From a virus (lineage: Duplodnaviria > Heunggongvirae > Uroviricota > Caudoviricetes), in the IMG/VR virus record IMGVR_UViG_3300043464_002177: a stretch of 53,273 nucleotides of DNA, one strand, 5' to 3'. A program made the position numbers and the translations under genes. Under the pieces are notes generated by a model, which saw nothing but the letters and a program-made list of their open reading frames with translations, was not told where the DNA came from and ran no database searches. Of the stretch, positions 1 to 8,862 are shown in pieces; the stretch's first letter is position 1; each line of letters opens with the position of its first letter.

Positions 1-250
1 CTGTTTCTTTTTCTTTAATAATCACAGTTTTACCCCCACCACCAGATGCTTGTTGAGCTTGTTGATTTGAGTTTGTAATGTTAATTACTGGGGCTGCTTG
101 TTGTACCGGAGCTGGTTCATCACCACCACCCGTAATTTGGGTTACACCCCAAGTTCCTAGGCCCATAACTGCTGTTGTTGCTACACCTATAATGGTCTTT
201 TTTAATCCTGACCAAGTACCGTCATTTGCACTTTCTACTTCTTCTGACAT
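1..250 (-). CDS. hypothetical membrane-anchored protein (partial, runs off window start)
   Basis: Manual translation from ATG at 250: MSEEVESANDGTWSGLKKTIIGVATTAVMGLGTWG..., one hydrophobic segment then a Q/P/G-rich linker; open to base 1; co-oriented with the operon. Confidence 0.75.
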   Translation of the reverse strand, partial: MSEEVESANDGTWSGLKKTIIGVATTAVMGLGTWGVTQITGGGDEPAPVQQAAPVINITNSNQQAQQASGGGGKTVIIKEKET

Positions 251-270
251 ATTTGTTTGTTTTAGATTTT

Positions 271-651
271 TTAGTTTATTTTATTAAAATCAGTTATCCC
301 TAACTGTTTACCATTTGCATCAAAAAGTCCAATTCTATATGCAGATGATGGCAAAGCGTTAGTATAAACCTTCAATACATTATCTCCGGCAACAACATTC
401 ATAGTCTCCTTAGAAACTACTCTATTTGCTATATCGAAAATTCTGATTGTTACTGATCCGGCTGTTTCTGTTTTAACATTCATGGCAACTTCAGATGTTA
501 CAAAGGCTGTTTGTAATTTAATACCAACAGAACTTGCCATCTTAAGATCTTCAGATATTGCCTGTGGTGCAGGTAAAATATCATCCTTATAACATCCCGT
601 TAAAACTGTGGATATTAATACTATTAAGAGAGTTTTTTTCATTTTTGCCAT
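271..651 (-). CDS. putative lipoprotein with small Ig-like / T9SS C-terminal-domain-like fold
   Basis: Signal peptide with lipobox LTGC; C-terminal pattern (VTIRIFD..RVV..L.S.AYRIGL) resembles secretion-tail Ig domains. Confidence 0.6.
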   Translation of the reverse strand: MAKMKKTLLIVLISTVLTGCYKDDILPAPQAISEDLKMASSVGIKLQTAFVTSEVAMNVKTETAGSVTIRIFDIANRVVSKETMNVVAGDNVLKVYTNALPSSAYRIGLFDANGKQLGITDFNKIN

Positions 652-654
652 TTT

Positions 655-996
655 TTACTTTAATATTATTGTTGTCTTTTTTATTTGAGTTTTATCTCCA
701 TCTTCAAGAACTAAATATAAATATCTGACTTGTATGGATTTGGTATAAATTTTTTTAACATTCTCACCGATTTGACCGGTAAATTTTTCTCTACTTATTA
801 CTTGCCCGGTTTCTTTGTCAATTAATACTAAAAAGTATATTCCTGCCGACGGCAAATCAAAATAAATTGACTGGTTGTCGACAACATTACTTTCTCCCAC
901 ATTAAATATCTTTTCAACCGGCGGTTCCGGTGTCGGCAACTCAGGTTTAGTACACCCGGCAAATAAAAACAATGATATTAATATTAGTTTTTTCAT
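655..996 (-). CDS. putative lipoprotein
   Basis: MKKLILISLFLFAGC lipobox; paralog-like to the neighbouring lipoprotein. Confidence 0.7.
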   Translation of the reverse strand: MKKLILISLFLFAGCTKPELPTPEPPVEKIFNVGESNVVDNQSIYFDLPSAGIYFLVLIDKETGQVISREKFTGQIGENVKKIYTKSIQVRYLYLVLEDGDKTQIKKTTIILK

Positions 997-1890
997 TTAA
1001 AATTGAAAGTTTGTACCTACCATAAATAGGATTGGATTTGCCTTTTTATATCCTACGGATTCTGACAACTTATCCCAAGTTGTATTGTATCTAAGATTAG
1101 TATTCAAGACAAATCTTTTAGTTATTTTCCAGTTCATAGATACCCCATAATACAAGTCCAAATTGAAATCATCTACATATGCCAAATCCGATTCAGTACC
1201 ATCTTTGAATACTTTATACACGTCACTCATTGCAAACACTTGTGGTGAAATATCTACTCTCTTTGTTTTCAGTGTATATGTGTACATCACCATACCTCTA
1301 TAAATAAGCTCGCTCGATGCCGGCATTTGTGGGTATATTAAATCTAAAAAGTTACCATTCTCATCTACGGTGTATTTTCCTTCCCATTCACCCTGGTAGC
1401 TTCCCCAAAATGATTTTGACGCTGTTAAACTATAACCAAATGTCCCATACTTTTTTGTTCTATACACATCTATAAATGATAGATTAATATCTTTTTGGAA
1501 GTCAAAGTCCGTAGAATAGAATGTTTGTACTGTGGTAGTTCTTTTTTCTGTGTTTCTACTAAAGCCATAACCAACACCATAATAGTTCCATATAGGATTT
1601 ATAGATGCAGCAAATGAGTGTCCCCATTGCCCGGTTTTTGATGATTTATGATATCCTAAATTAAGAGTAGTAGATACTTGCCTACCAATTACACCTATTG
1701 AAAGATTTGATGATGAGAGAACGTCTTTTGAGAAATTAACATAGGATTGTAATATACCCACGTCGTTCCAATCATCACTTTCTCCAAATAGCTCCTTTGG
1801 TGATAGTAGTAATGTATCAGGTGTTTGTATTTGTGCTTTCGAAACAAATCCAATACAAAGTAAGGATAATATGATTATTAATTTTTTCAT
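997..1890 (-). CDS. putative outer-membrane beta-barrel protein
   Basis: Signal peptide, alternating aromatic/polar strands, C-terminal VGTNFQF ending in Phe (BAM-type signal). Confidence 0.6.
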   Translation of the reverse strand: MKKLIIILSLLCIGFVSKAQIQTPDTLLLSPKELFGESDDWNDVGILQSYVNFSKDVLSSSNLSIGVIGRQVSTTLNLGYHKSSKTGQWGHSFAASINPIWNYYGVGYGFSRNTEKRTTTVQTFYSTDFDFQKDINLSFIDVYRTKKYGTFGYSLTASKSFWGSYQGEWEGKYTVDENGNFLDLIYPQMPASSELIYRGMVMYTYTLKTKRVDISPQVFAMSDVYKVFKDGTESDLAYVDDFNLDLYYGVSMNWKITKRFVLNTNLRYNTTWDKLSESVGYKKANPILFMVGTNFQF

Positions 1891-2609
1891 TATGCACCCA
1901 ATGCTTTACTGAATCCATTAGGACAAGTTCTTTTACATATCAAATCTGCAACAATTGGTGCTACTGCAGCTCCGATTGCGATACCAACACCAGCTGGTGT
2001 TGCCCATAAGTGTGCAGACTCTAAACTATGATAGATACAATTTGAAATTACATTTTTTAATATTTCGTGGTCAACACTATCACTAACACCTGGTATTTGT
2101 AAAAATGCCTCTGTCACAATTACACCCATTGCTGTTGATACTACCATTTTAGCTGTCATATCTGCAATGTAAAGAACAGGTGTAGCCATCAATGATAATG
2201 TAGTTGAAGTTGCCGCTCCAGCAGGTTGTGCTGGTGTAAATGCCGCAACAACACCGGCAGAAATTGCGGCGGTTATTGCTATATTACATGCGTTTTCATC
2301 CACCCAGTTATATGCCATCACAGCACCATCTTTTACTACTTCATAGCCTTCTTTAACACCAGACTCTATTTGGTTTCCGACATTAATAAGTACCGGCATA
2401 ACTTCTTCATCCCACTCTCTACCTACCACATCTTCAACTCTATGATTTATTTCAGGATGGTCGTGAATATATCTTATTGCTTTATTGGTAAGCCCCCATG
2501 TGTCACATGATGAACAAGGGCCATCTCCACCAAATCCATACCATCTTACATAGTTTTCACCACAATCTGAGCGATGATATACTATTCCGTCTCCGTTTCT
2601 GTCTGCCAT
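1890..2609 (-). CDS. hypothetical protein, Cys-containing N-terminus and hydrophobic helical C-terminus
   Basis: 239-aa ORF coupled to neighbours; no recognised family. Confidence 0.7.
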   Translation of the reverse strand: MADRNGDGIVYHRSDCGENYVRWYGFGGDGPCSSCDTWGLTNKAIRYIHDHPEINHRVEDVVGREWDEEVMPVLINVGNQIESGVKEGYEVVKDGAVMAYNWVDENACNIAITAAISAGVVAAFTPAQPAGAATSTTLSLMATPVLYIADMTAKMVVSTAMGVIVTEAFLQIPGVSDSVDHEILKNVISNCIYHSLESAHLWATPAGVGIAIGAAVAPIVADLICKRTCPNGFSKALGA

Positions 2610-2621
2610 AATTTTTGTTTT

Positions 2622-4913
2622 TTAATTTAATTTTATTTTTAATTGTTTACCACTTTTATTAACTGCGTCGGTATTTGAAATTGATGTCAATCCCAACGTA
2701 CCTTGAATACCAATTTTTGGTACAAATATTATTTTATATTCAGTTGTTTTATCTAATATTGTTGAACCATCAGTAATTAAAGAACCGATTGTTACATAAT
2801 TCCCCTTGTTTGTTCCAAAATTAGTTGGGTTACCTTTTGTTACAAATTCTACCTTTTGAAATTCTAATGCTGTGTTATCATAATTTAATTGGAATTGCGT
2901 ACCAACTAATTCTTGTTGTAAAGGGTCCACCGATATTGTTACAACCACTTTCCCCCCAATATTTTCGCTCATAATCATTGCGTTAATTTCGTTTGAAATA
3001 GCGTTTGTTGTTAAACTCATACTTCTAATTGAACTACTAGCAACGCTGTTTACTGTTTGTTGAGCTGAATGTGATAAATTTACATCACCAACCCAAGTTA
3101 CATTTACGTTATATGTGTTATTCAAAGTACCACTATTCAAATTGAATGGGTATAAACTTCTAGTTGAATTGAATTGTGTGTTCCAATTCGTTTTAGTAAT
3201 TGCATCATATTCTGATTTACTATATAACTTCATTAAATAAGTTAATGTAGAATATTCAGTAAGTGATCTTGCCCCAGTTAAATGTTGTAATAATCTATAT
3301 GTGTCGGCCTCATTGAATAAACCATTTCCATCTATATCAGCATTCATAAATTGAATACCAGATGTGAATTCCAAACCACTTTGATTTCCAAATATTCCAC
3401 CGTTTGATAATTCTTTAAATGCAATAAACACATCTGATACTGTTACAATACTATTATATAGAGTGTTTAAATCAGTTTGATTGGTATATGATAAGTCGAT
3501 TCCATGTTGCTTAAATGCGGTGGTTGGTGTAAATGTAAACTCGGCTTTTAATCCGTAAAATCCATTTCCTGCCCTTATAGATGGCGCGAAAGACGAACCT
3601 GAGAAATTAAATTGTGTTGAGGTATAAACATAAACTTCAGTCCAACCATTTGCATCATATGAATTAAATGTTACAGGTCCGTTCCATAAATCAAATAATT
3701 GTAAACTACTAATTGTAGATGGATTGGTAAGTATACCATTTACTTCTCTACTATCAATACCAATTCTATATCTTTGGTTAGTTACATCATAATCATAAAT
3801 TACACACCATTCTACTTGTCCTGTGGTTGTTGTTGCTCTAATACCACCATTACTTACTTTTGCGGTATCTAAATCATTTGTAATATCAACTTTACCCAAC
3901 CCACTTAATACTCTTGATGTGTTAGTTGTTGTACCCCACACATTGTTTACATATCTGTTTGCCTTTGCTGAGAATTTGGTCTCATCTATATTACCACCAA
4001 AGTCAAAATTGAATCTTGCAGTTAATACCTCTCCGTTTGAATGTGTTACTGAATTTGTATAAAACTCTGTAAATGTTGCATCGTCAGGATTAGCCCAAGT
4101 TCCAAATTCAATCACATACGGATTTGAAAAATGGTTTGGTAAATCATTCCATTGAGAACCATTCCATTTAGTTACAGCATAATCTTCGTTACCACTATTG
4201 TTTGGTTCACCGGGTGCCCAGTTATTATATTGGCCTGGAATGTTTCCGTTTAGTTGTCCGTTATTTATTTTAATTAAAGTTCCAGCTTCAGGGCCCGCAT
4301 CAATTGTCCATCTAGCTTCACTTGCTTCATCAGTTAATGCAAACCAAATATTTGATTGAGGTACGTTATTAAAAATAAAAGCATCTTCATCTGCTGAAGT
4401 GATTGTTACTAAGTATCCTTGTTGTCCTTTGAATGTTTGTTGTGATGATAGTGTTCTAGCATTTGTATAAGTTGCTCCGGTTGATATTGGTCTATAAAAG
4501 TGTCCATTTGTTCCGTTATAAAAATATCCCGTCGGATTTACAGTTGCTGCTACCGATAGCGCGATATTACCTCTTACCGAACCTGTGTTTACTTTTAGAG
4601 ATGCTAAAGCTGTATTAATATTCGCCATCGTTCCCGTTACCACTAAACGAGTTTTATTACCAACTAAAGTAAAACCACTTGCAGCTGTTAAACCTGTTGT
4701 TGTGGTTAAATAAAAAGTTGTACCTGATGGTGGATTAACCAAACTGATTGATGCTAATATCGTTGCAGTAGAGTTAAATCCACTTAAACTAAATCCACTA
4801 GCATCTTGTCCCGTTGTGGATGGTAAAAATGATTTAGAGTCCGGAGCAGATACACTCTGTCCGAACCCTAAAAATGAGATTAGTAAAAAACATATTACTA
4901 ATAATTTTTTCAT
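2622..4913 (-). CDS. secreted C-type lectin domain protein with dockerin-like and C-terminal cohesin-like modules
   Basis: Signal peptide; C-type lectin motifs (GYLVTITS, YNNWAPGEPNN, EDYA, WND); EF-hand-like ADIDGNG..ADTYRLLQHL; C-terminal GTQFQLNYD cohesin-like strand. Confidence 0.7.
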   Translation of the reverse strand: MKKLLVICFLLISFLGFGQSVSAPDSKSFLPSTTGQDASGFSLSGFNSTATILASISLVNPPSGTTFYLTTTTGLTAASGFTLVGNKTRLVVTGTMANINTALASLKVNTGSVRGNIALSVAATVNPTGYFYNGTNGHFYRPISTGATYTNARTLSSQQTFKGQQGYLVTITSADEDAFIFNNVPQSNIWFALTDEASEARWTIDAGPEAGTLIKINNGQLNGNIPGQYNNWAPGEPNNSGNEDYAVTKWNGSQWNDLPNHFSNPYVIEFGTWANPDDATFTEFYTNSVTHSNGEVLTARFNFDFGGNIDETKFSAKANRYVNNVWGTTTNTSRVLSGLGKVDITNDLDTAKVSNGGIRATTTTGQVEWCVIYDYDVTNQRYRIGIDSREVNGILTNPSTISSLQLFDLWNGPVTFNSYDANGWTEVYVYTSTQFNFSGSSFAPSIRAGNGFYGLKAEFTFTPTTAFKQHGIDLSYTNQTDLNTLYNSIVTVSDVFIAFKELSNGGIFGNQSGLEFTSGIQFMNADIDGNGLFNEADTYRLLQHLTGARSLTEYSTLTYLMKLYSKSEYDAITKTNWNTQFNSTRSLYPFNLNSGTLNNTYNVNVTWVGDVNLSHSAQQTVNSVASSSIRSMSLTTNAISNEINAMIMSENIGGKVVVTISVDPLQQELVGTQFQLNYDNTALEFQKVEFVTKGNPTNFGTNKGNYVTIGSLITDGSTILDKTTEYKIIFVPKIGIQGTLGLTSISNTDAVNKSGKQLKIKLN

Positions 4914-4914
4914 A

Positions 4915-6567
4915 TTACTCGACGATTAAATCAACTTTATTTCCTTTTGCATCAACAGCATCTGATAAAACAAAGAAGAATAAACCGGCGGTATTAGTTA
5001 AAGTGGTTTTTGGTGTAAATATTAATTTATACGGTGTACCAACTTTAATTCTTGCAGTTTTAGTTTGATCAATAGAACCAAACGTTAATCTACGACCTTC
5101 ATGTGTTGTGAAGTTAGTGATTGTAGAACCTGCATCGAATATTACATCATCCAAACTTAATTTTGAATCATCATAATTCATGATAACTTGTAAGCCCGCC
5201 AATTCTGCTTTTGTTAATGTTGTTGTTAATATCACTTTACCGTTCTCTAATGTTGATGACACCCCTAGTTTAGCGGTTTCAACAGTGGCTGTTTTATATG
5301 CCATAGGTGTTGACATGCTCATAGTTTTTAATGTGTTTACTTCGCCATTTACAGAGTTGGTATATATTCCAGAACTTATTCTGCTAGCAATTACTGCTGG
5401 ATCAGATGAATGTGACCAGTTCAAATCACCACCCCAAGCAAACACTGCATGAACTTCTTTTATTGGTGTATCGATCAATACTCTATTCTTAACCACACCA
5501 TCTAACCAACTTTGATTTAATAAACCACTATACCATCTAACTGATGTTGAAGTTGATGTCGGGATCATTGCGGTTGTTGTCATGTTTTGTCCCATAACAT
5601 GGGCAAATAAAGCATATGAATCAGCTTCTCCAAACGTATTTGAATTAAGTGTAACTTTACCAACTCTTTTCTCCAATGCTGGTAGTGTAAAGAAGTTAGG
5701 TGTACCACTAATATCTGTTTGTGAATGCCCTAAAAATGCTTTATATGCATCTGATACTGTCACGATATTATTCATCCACGCTTTAGTCATTGCCGGTCCA
5801 ACAAATACACCAACTGAATCACCAACCTTAACTTGTGTTGTGAAAAGTGCTTCACCACTAGCATCTAATGGTAATTGAGCAATTGGTTGTTGTGACCAAT
5901 CGATATCACCACTACCATCTGATTTTAATCTCATTAATTGAACACTATGATCAGTAATTGTGTAACCTTGTGGAAATAATACTTTAACTTTAAATTGTGA
6001 TGTATTACCAACAACCCCAGTTAAAGATGACGAACCACCACCATATATTGTTCCAACATTAGCACCAGTTGTATCTGTACCTGTAGCTAAATCAATTTTA
6101 AAAATATTATTATAAGTGTTCTGATCTTTTAAAATGTATTTTTGTGTTGCTATTAATCCGTTAATAGATTGATCAGCTCTTTGAACTGTTAATTGACCAA
6201 CATTCCAGTCAGCGTTTACAGCATAATTCCAAGGTGTTAATCCATACTGAACATCTAAATTATTATCACCACCTTGACTATTATGTGTAAATTTATAGTT
6301 ATTCCAACCTGTATAAAAAGTTTGTGCTGATGATCCTTGGTTAAAAGCTGTTGAAACATATGTTAACGCTTTATTATTAAACTGATATCTAAACCAAATA
6401 TAACGTGGATTCTTTATTACAGTACCTTTTGTTAAATTATATCTAACAGTAATAGTATCACCAACCTTTAATCCACTTGCTGGTGTTAAAGATTGACTTA
6501 TTGTTAGTTGAGCAAATGACGAAAGAGATATCATGAATATCCCTAAAAATAAAATTAGTTTTTTCAT
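4915..6567 (-). CDS. secreted cohesin/dockerin-like domain protein
   Basis: Signal peptide; VGDTITV N-terminal and GLQVIMNYD C-terminal cohesin-like modules; shares VTVSD, GD(L/V)N.SHS and the C-terminal domain with the 763-aa neighbour. Confidence 0.65.
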   Translation of the reverse strand: MKKLILFLGIFMISLSSFAQLTISQSLTPASGLKVGDTITVRYNLTKGTVIKNPRYIWFRYQFNNKALTYVSTAFNQGSSAQTFYTGWNNYKFTHNSQGGDNNLDVQYGLTPWNYAVNADWNVGQLTVQRADQSINGLIATQKYILKDQNTYNNIFKIDLATGTDTTGANVGTIYGGGSSSLTGVVGNTSQFKVKVLFPQGYTITDHSVQLMRLKSDGSGDIDWSQQPIAQLPLDASGEALFTTQVKVGDSVGVFVGPAMTKAWMNNIVTVSDAYKAFLGHSQTDISGTPNFFTLPALEKRVGKVTLNSNTFGEADSYALFAHVMGQNMTTTAMIPTSTSTSVRWYSGLLNQSWLDGVVKNRVLIDTPIKEVHAVFAWGGDLNWSHSSDPAVIASRISSGIYTNSVNGEVNTLKTMSMSTPMAYKTATVETAKLGVSSTLENGKVILTTTLTKAELAGLQVIMNYDDSKLSLDDVIFDAGSTITNFTTHEGRRLTFGSIDQTKTARIKVGTPYKLIFTPKTTLTNTAGLFFFVLSDAVDAKGNKVDLIVE

Positions 6568-6569
6568 TT

Positions 6570-7112
6570 TTACTTTTTGTTAAAAAATACTTTGTTTATT
6601 AAAGACTCACAAGTCTTTTTAATTGCTGAAGAAAGTGCTTGTTGATTTATTTTATCACTTCCCTCATCAGTTATTAATGTTGATGTTGAAATCTCAGAAC
6701 TAGATTCTTCTGCAATAGCGTCTTTTATTTTTTTACCCGATTTATCTGTTAACGTACCCTTCATTGTTACTAAAGTCTCCTCAACATCGGAATGAAAAAC
6801 GGATATATTTCTTTTAGTTCTATTCACATCAAAATACATGATCTCTGAACTAAAAACTAAATCTGCTGATTCTTTATCTTCAACAATGTTGAATCCTTTT
6901 TCCTGAAGAATTTCCTCAAAGATGTTTTTACAACCAAAAGCCAAATTTCGATTGTTCGCTAACTTACCAATTTTGATTTTGTTCTCTACACCTGATATAT
7001 AAACTGATTTAGGATCTTCGATCGGATTTACTATATATGAGTATAATCCAAAGAACCCAAAAACAACTAATAACGGTAATAGAGACACGTTTAGTGTTTT
7101 ATTTCTTGCCAT
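6570..7112 (-). CDS. membrane-anchored periplasmic protein (CsgG/LptE-like alpha-beta fold, tentative)
   Basis: N-terminal TM segment then ..FEEILQEKGFNIV..ADL....I pattern; start moved to ATG at 7112 (MARNK) just after a TATTTAT motif. Confidence 0.55.
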   Translation of the reverse strand: MARNKTLNVSLLPLLVVFGFFGLYSYIVNPIEDPKSVYISGVENKIKIGKLANNRNLAFGCKNIFEEILQEKGFNIVEDKESADLVFSSEIMYFDVNRTKRNISVFHSDVEETLVTMKGTLTDKSGKKIKDAIAEESSSEISTSTLITDEGSDKINQQALSSAIKKTCESLINKVFFNKK

Positions 7113-7216
7113 ATTGATAAATATCACTAAGGCAACTACTAGTACACAACCTGCCCGATTTTTATATTATTTTATATTAATTTTTTATTTTTCTTGATTT
7201 TTAGAATACTTATTAT

Positions 7217-7224
7217 TATCTTTG
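7217..7224 (+). promoter_or_regulatory. Bacteroidota-type -7 promoter element (TATCTTTG) for leader 1 / tRNA array 1
   Basis: Matches TAnnTTTG consensus, with TTG upstream. Confidence 0.7.
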
Positions 7225-7253
7225 TTAAAGATTTAAAATTTAAAAAGAATTCA

Positions 7254-7352
7254 ATGAGACAACAAAAACATACAATGTCATTTATTATCTGCTCAAAATG
7301 GGCGGATGAGCGTGCTATGTCCGATAGTCTCGAAGATACTGATGTGGGTTAA
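7254..7352 (+). CDS. leader peptide of tRNA array 1 (32 aa, MRQQKHTMSFIICSKWADERAMSDSLEDTDVG)
   Basis: Short ORF between promoter and terminator; codons 8-24 all read by array-1 tRNAs. Confidence 0.8.
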   Translation: MRQQKHTMSFIICSKWADERAMSDSLEDTDVG

Positions 7353-7376
7353 ATTAGTTTAACTTAAAATATTAGA

Positions 7377-7410
7377 AAACCTCGGGACAAAATCTCGGGG
7401 TTTTTTGTTT
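7377..7410 (+). terminator. intrinsic terminator / attenuator upstream of tRNA array 1
   Basis: AAAACCTCGGGA-caaaa-TCTCGGGGTTTT stem followed by U-tract. Confidence 0.8.
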
Positions 7411-7412
7411 TT

Positions 7413-7482
7413 GGGCCGGATGTCAATGGCAGACCACCTGATTTGCAATCAGAGTGAATGGGTTCGATTCCCAACGTGTCCA
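7413..7482 (+). tRNA. trnA: tRNA-Ala(UGC), degenerate acceptor stem
   Basis: G3:U70 and A73, loop TT-TGC-AA, T arm ATGGG-TTCGATT-CCCAA; two mismatches in the acceptor stem. Confidence 0.65.
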
Positions 7483-7487
7483 CATAT

Positions 7488-7560
7488 TCTTAGGTAGCTC
7501 AATGGTGAGAGCACCCGCCTGATACGCGGAAGGTTGATAGTTCGAATCTATCTCTAAGAA
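7488..7560 (+). tRNA. trnI: tRNA-Ile(GAU)
   Basis: Cloverleaf; anticodon loop CT-GAT-AC. Confidence 0.9.
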
Positions 7561-7565
7561 CATAA

Positions 7566-7638
7566 GGAGATGAAGCTAACTTAGTAGAAGCGGAGGACTG
7601 AAAATCCTCAGGAATTGGAGCGTAACCAATCATCTCCA
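7566..7638 (+). tRNA. trnF: tRNA-Phe(GAA), atypical T loop
   Basis: GGAGATG/CATCTCC acceptor; loop CT-GAA-AA; T loop AGCGTAA. Confidence 0.85.
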
Positions 7639-7642
7639 CAAT

Positions 7643-7716
7643 GATCTCGTAGCTCAATTGGTTAGAGCACTACACTTTTAATGTAGGGGTTCTGCGTTCG
7701 AGTCGCAGCGGGGTCA
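7643..7716 (+). tRNA. trnK: tRNA-Lys(UUU)
   Basis: Cloverleaf; loop CT-TTT-AA. Confidence 0.92.
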
Positions 7717-7722
7717 CATTAC

Positions 7723-7793
7723 ATGGGTGTGGTGCAATGGTAGCATTCCGGTCTCCAAAACCGTCGATGGGAGTTCGAATCTCTCCACCCGTG
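7723..7793 (+). tRNA. trnW: tRNA-Trp(CCA)
   Basis: Cloverleaf; loop CT-CCA-AA; G73. Confidence 0.9.
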
Positions 7794-7807
7794 CTAAAAA
7801 TAAAATT

Positions 7808-8062
7808 ATGGATAATGACAACGTATTAAACAGATTAGTACCAAGATTAAAAAAAATAGGAATAGAGATTGAAATGTCTGGAAATATCCCTTGGATTTAT
7901 CTTGATAAAGTTAATGGGAATAGAGTAAAAAAAGAAGATTATTTCTGTGGCAATCACGGTTTTACAATTGCGTTTTATCCCATTAAACCTGATCAAAAAA
8001 TGGAACTAACAGATATAAAAGAGGTCTTTAGAATAATAAGGAAATATAAAACGGTCTCATAG
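7808..8062 (+). CDS. hypothetical phage protein inside tRNA array
   Basis: ATG at 7808 after A-rich leader (the track start 7727 lies inside tRNA-Trp); stop overlaps tRNA-Arg. Confidence 0.75.
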   Translation: MDNDNVLNRLVPRLKKIGIEIEMSGNIPWIYLDKVNGNRVKKEDYFCGNHGFTIAFYPIKPDQKMELTDIKEVFRIIRKYKTVS

Positions 8063-8123
8063 TTTAATGGAAAAACGTCTCGCTACGGACGAGATAATTG
8101 GGGTTCGAATCCCTGTGAGACCT
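8053..8123 (+). tRNA. trnR: tRNA-Arg(ACG)
   Basis: GGTCTCA/TGAGACC acceptor; loop CT-ACG-GA. Confidence 0.9.
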
Positions 8124-8183
8124 CTGTTCACAAAAACTTATTGTTCACGGTTCGTGAACAGCGAACAAATGTGAACAAAATAA

Positions 8184-8254
8184 GTCAGGTTGGCCGAGTG
8201 GTTAGGCTGAGGTCTGCAAAACCTCCCACATTGGTTCGAATCCAATACTTGACT
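8184..8254 (+). tRNA. trnC: tRNA-Cys(GCA)
   Basis: Loop CT-GCA-AA; U73. Confidence 0.92.
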
Positions 8255-8256
8255 CT

Positions 8257-8333
8257 GTGATTGATGTTCGTATGGTAGAACACTAGCTTGTGGCGCTAGA
8301 ATAGAGCGAGTTCGAATCTCGTCAATCACCCCA
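8257..8333 (+). tRNA. trnH: tRNA-His(GUG)
   Basis: Loop TT-GTG-GC; C73; encoded CCA; T rather than G at -1. Confidence 0.9.
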
Positions 8334-8334
8334 T

Positions 8335-8403
8335 TGTGGGGAGGTTAGGTAACCCGTTTGGTCTCATAAGCCAGATATCCAGGTTCGATTCCTGGCCCCG
8401 CAA
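8335..8403 (+). tRNA. trnM: tRNA(CAU), probable elongator Met with shortened D arm
   Basis: TGTGGGG/CCCCGCA acceptor; loop CT-CAT-AA; D loop only ~4 nt. Confidence 0.7.
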
Positions 8404-8435
8404 CAAATAGATTTGAAATATTAAAAATAATTTCT

Positions 8436-8443
8436 TATCTTTG
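8436..8443 (+). promoter_or_regulatory. internal Bacteroidota-type promoter (TATCTTTG) upstream of initiator tRNA
   Basis: TAnnTTTG with TTTG at 8412-8415. Confidence 0.7.
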
Positions 8444-8453
8444 TTAAAGAAAT

Positions 8454-8525
8454 CGCGAGATAGAGCAGCGGTAGCTCGGAAGGCTCATAACCTTTAGGTC
8501 GGGGGTTCGATTCCCTCTCTCGCAA
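8454..8525 (+). tRNA. trnfM: initiator tRNA-fMet(CAU)
   Basis: CGCGAGA..TCTCGCA with C1:A72 mismatch; loop CT-CAT-AA. Confidence 0.85.
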
Positions 8526-8543
8526 CTAAAACTTAATAATACT

Positions 8544-8672
8544 ATGGCGAAAGCACCTAGAACATCGAAAAGAGTTGCAAAAAAAGCTAGTAAAGCACTT
8601 AAAAGTGGTAGCACTAGTAAAACAACAAAAACTTTAGCTGGTTCAGCTTTACGTCAGCGTAGAACTAAGTAA
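8544..8672 (+). CDS. small very basic protein (42 aa, MAKAPRTSKRVAKKASKALKSGSTSKTTKTLAGSALRQRRTK)
   Basis: Manual translation; A-rich upstream; K/R/S/A-rich. Confidence 0.7.
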   Translation: MAKAPRTSKRVAKKASKALKSGSTSKTTKTLAGSALRQRRTK

Positions 8673-8677
8673 AAAAA

Positions 8678-8862
8678 TACAGGTGACGACGGAGGTGGAA
8701 CCCCTCTGTCTATAAATCTCAACACCCGCCTTGATTCGCGGTATTATAGCGGTGAGAGTAGAGTTACTACAAGTCGGGAGTAATTACCCCAATAACAAAA
8801 ATGTAACCACCAATGTAGAAATATGTTGGTTATGATGTACAAAAGGGTACAAAAAACCTGTA
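8678..8862 (+). ncRNA. candidate multi-stem structured RNA
   Basis: Closing TACAGGT/ACCTGTA helix enclosing GACGGAGG/CCTCTGTC, TCTCA/TGAGA, TAACCA/TGGTTA and TGTAC/GTACA stems; no ORF. Confidence 0.5.

Noticed and set aside
7727-7807. Extended start of the 111-aa ORF
   Set aside because: The extension lies in tRNA-Trp; the real start is 7808.
8138-8329. 63-aa minus-strand ORF
   Set aside because: Antisense to tRNA-Cys/His.
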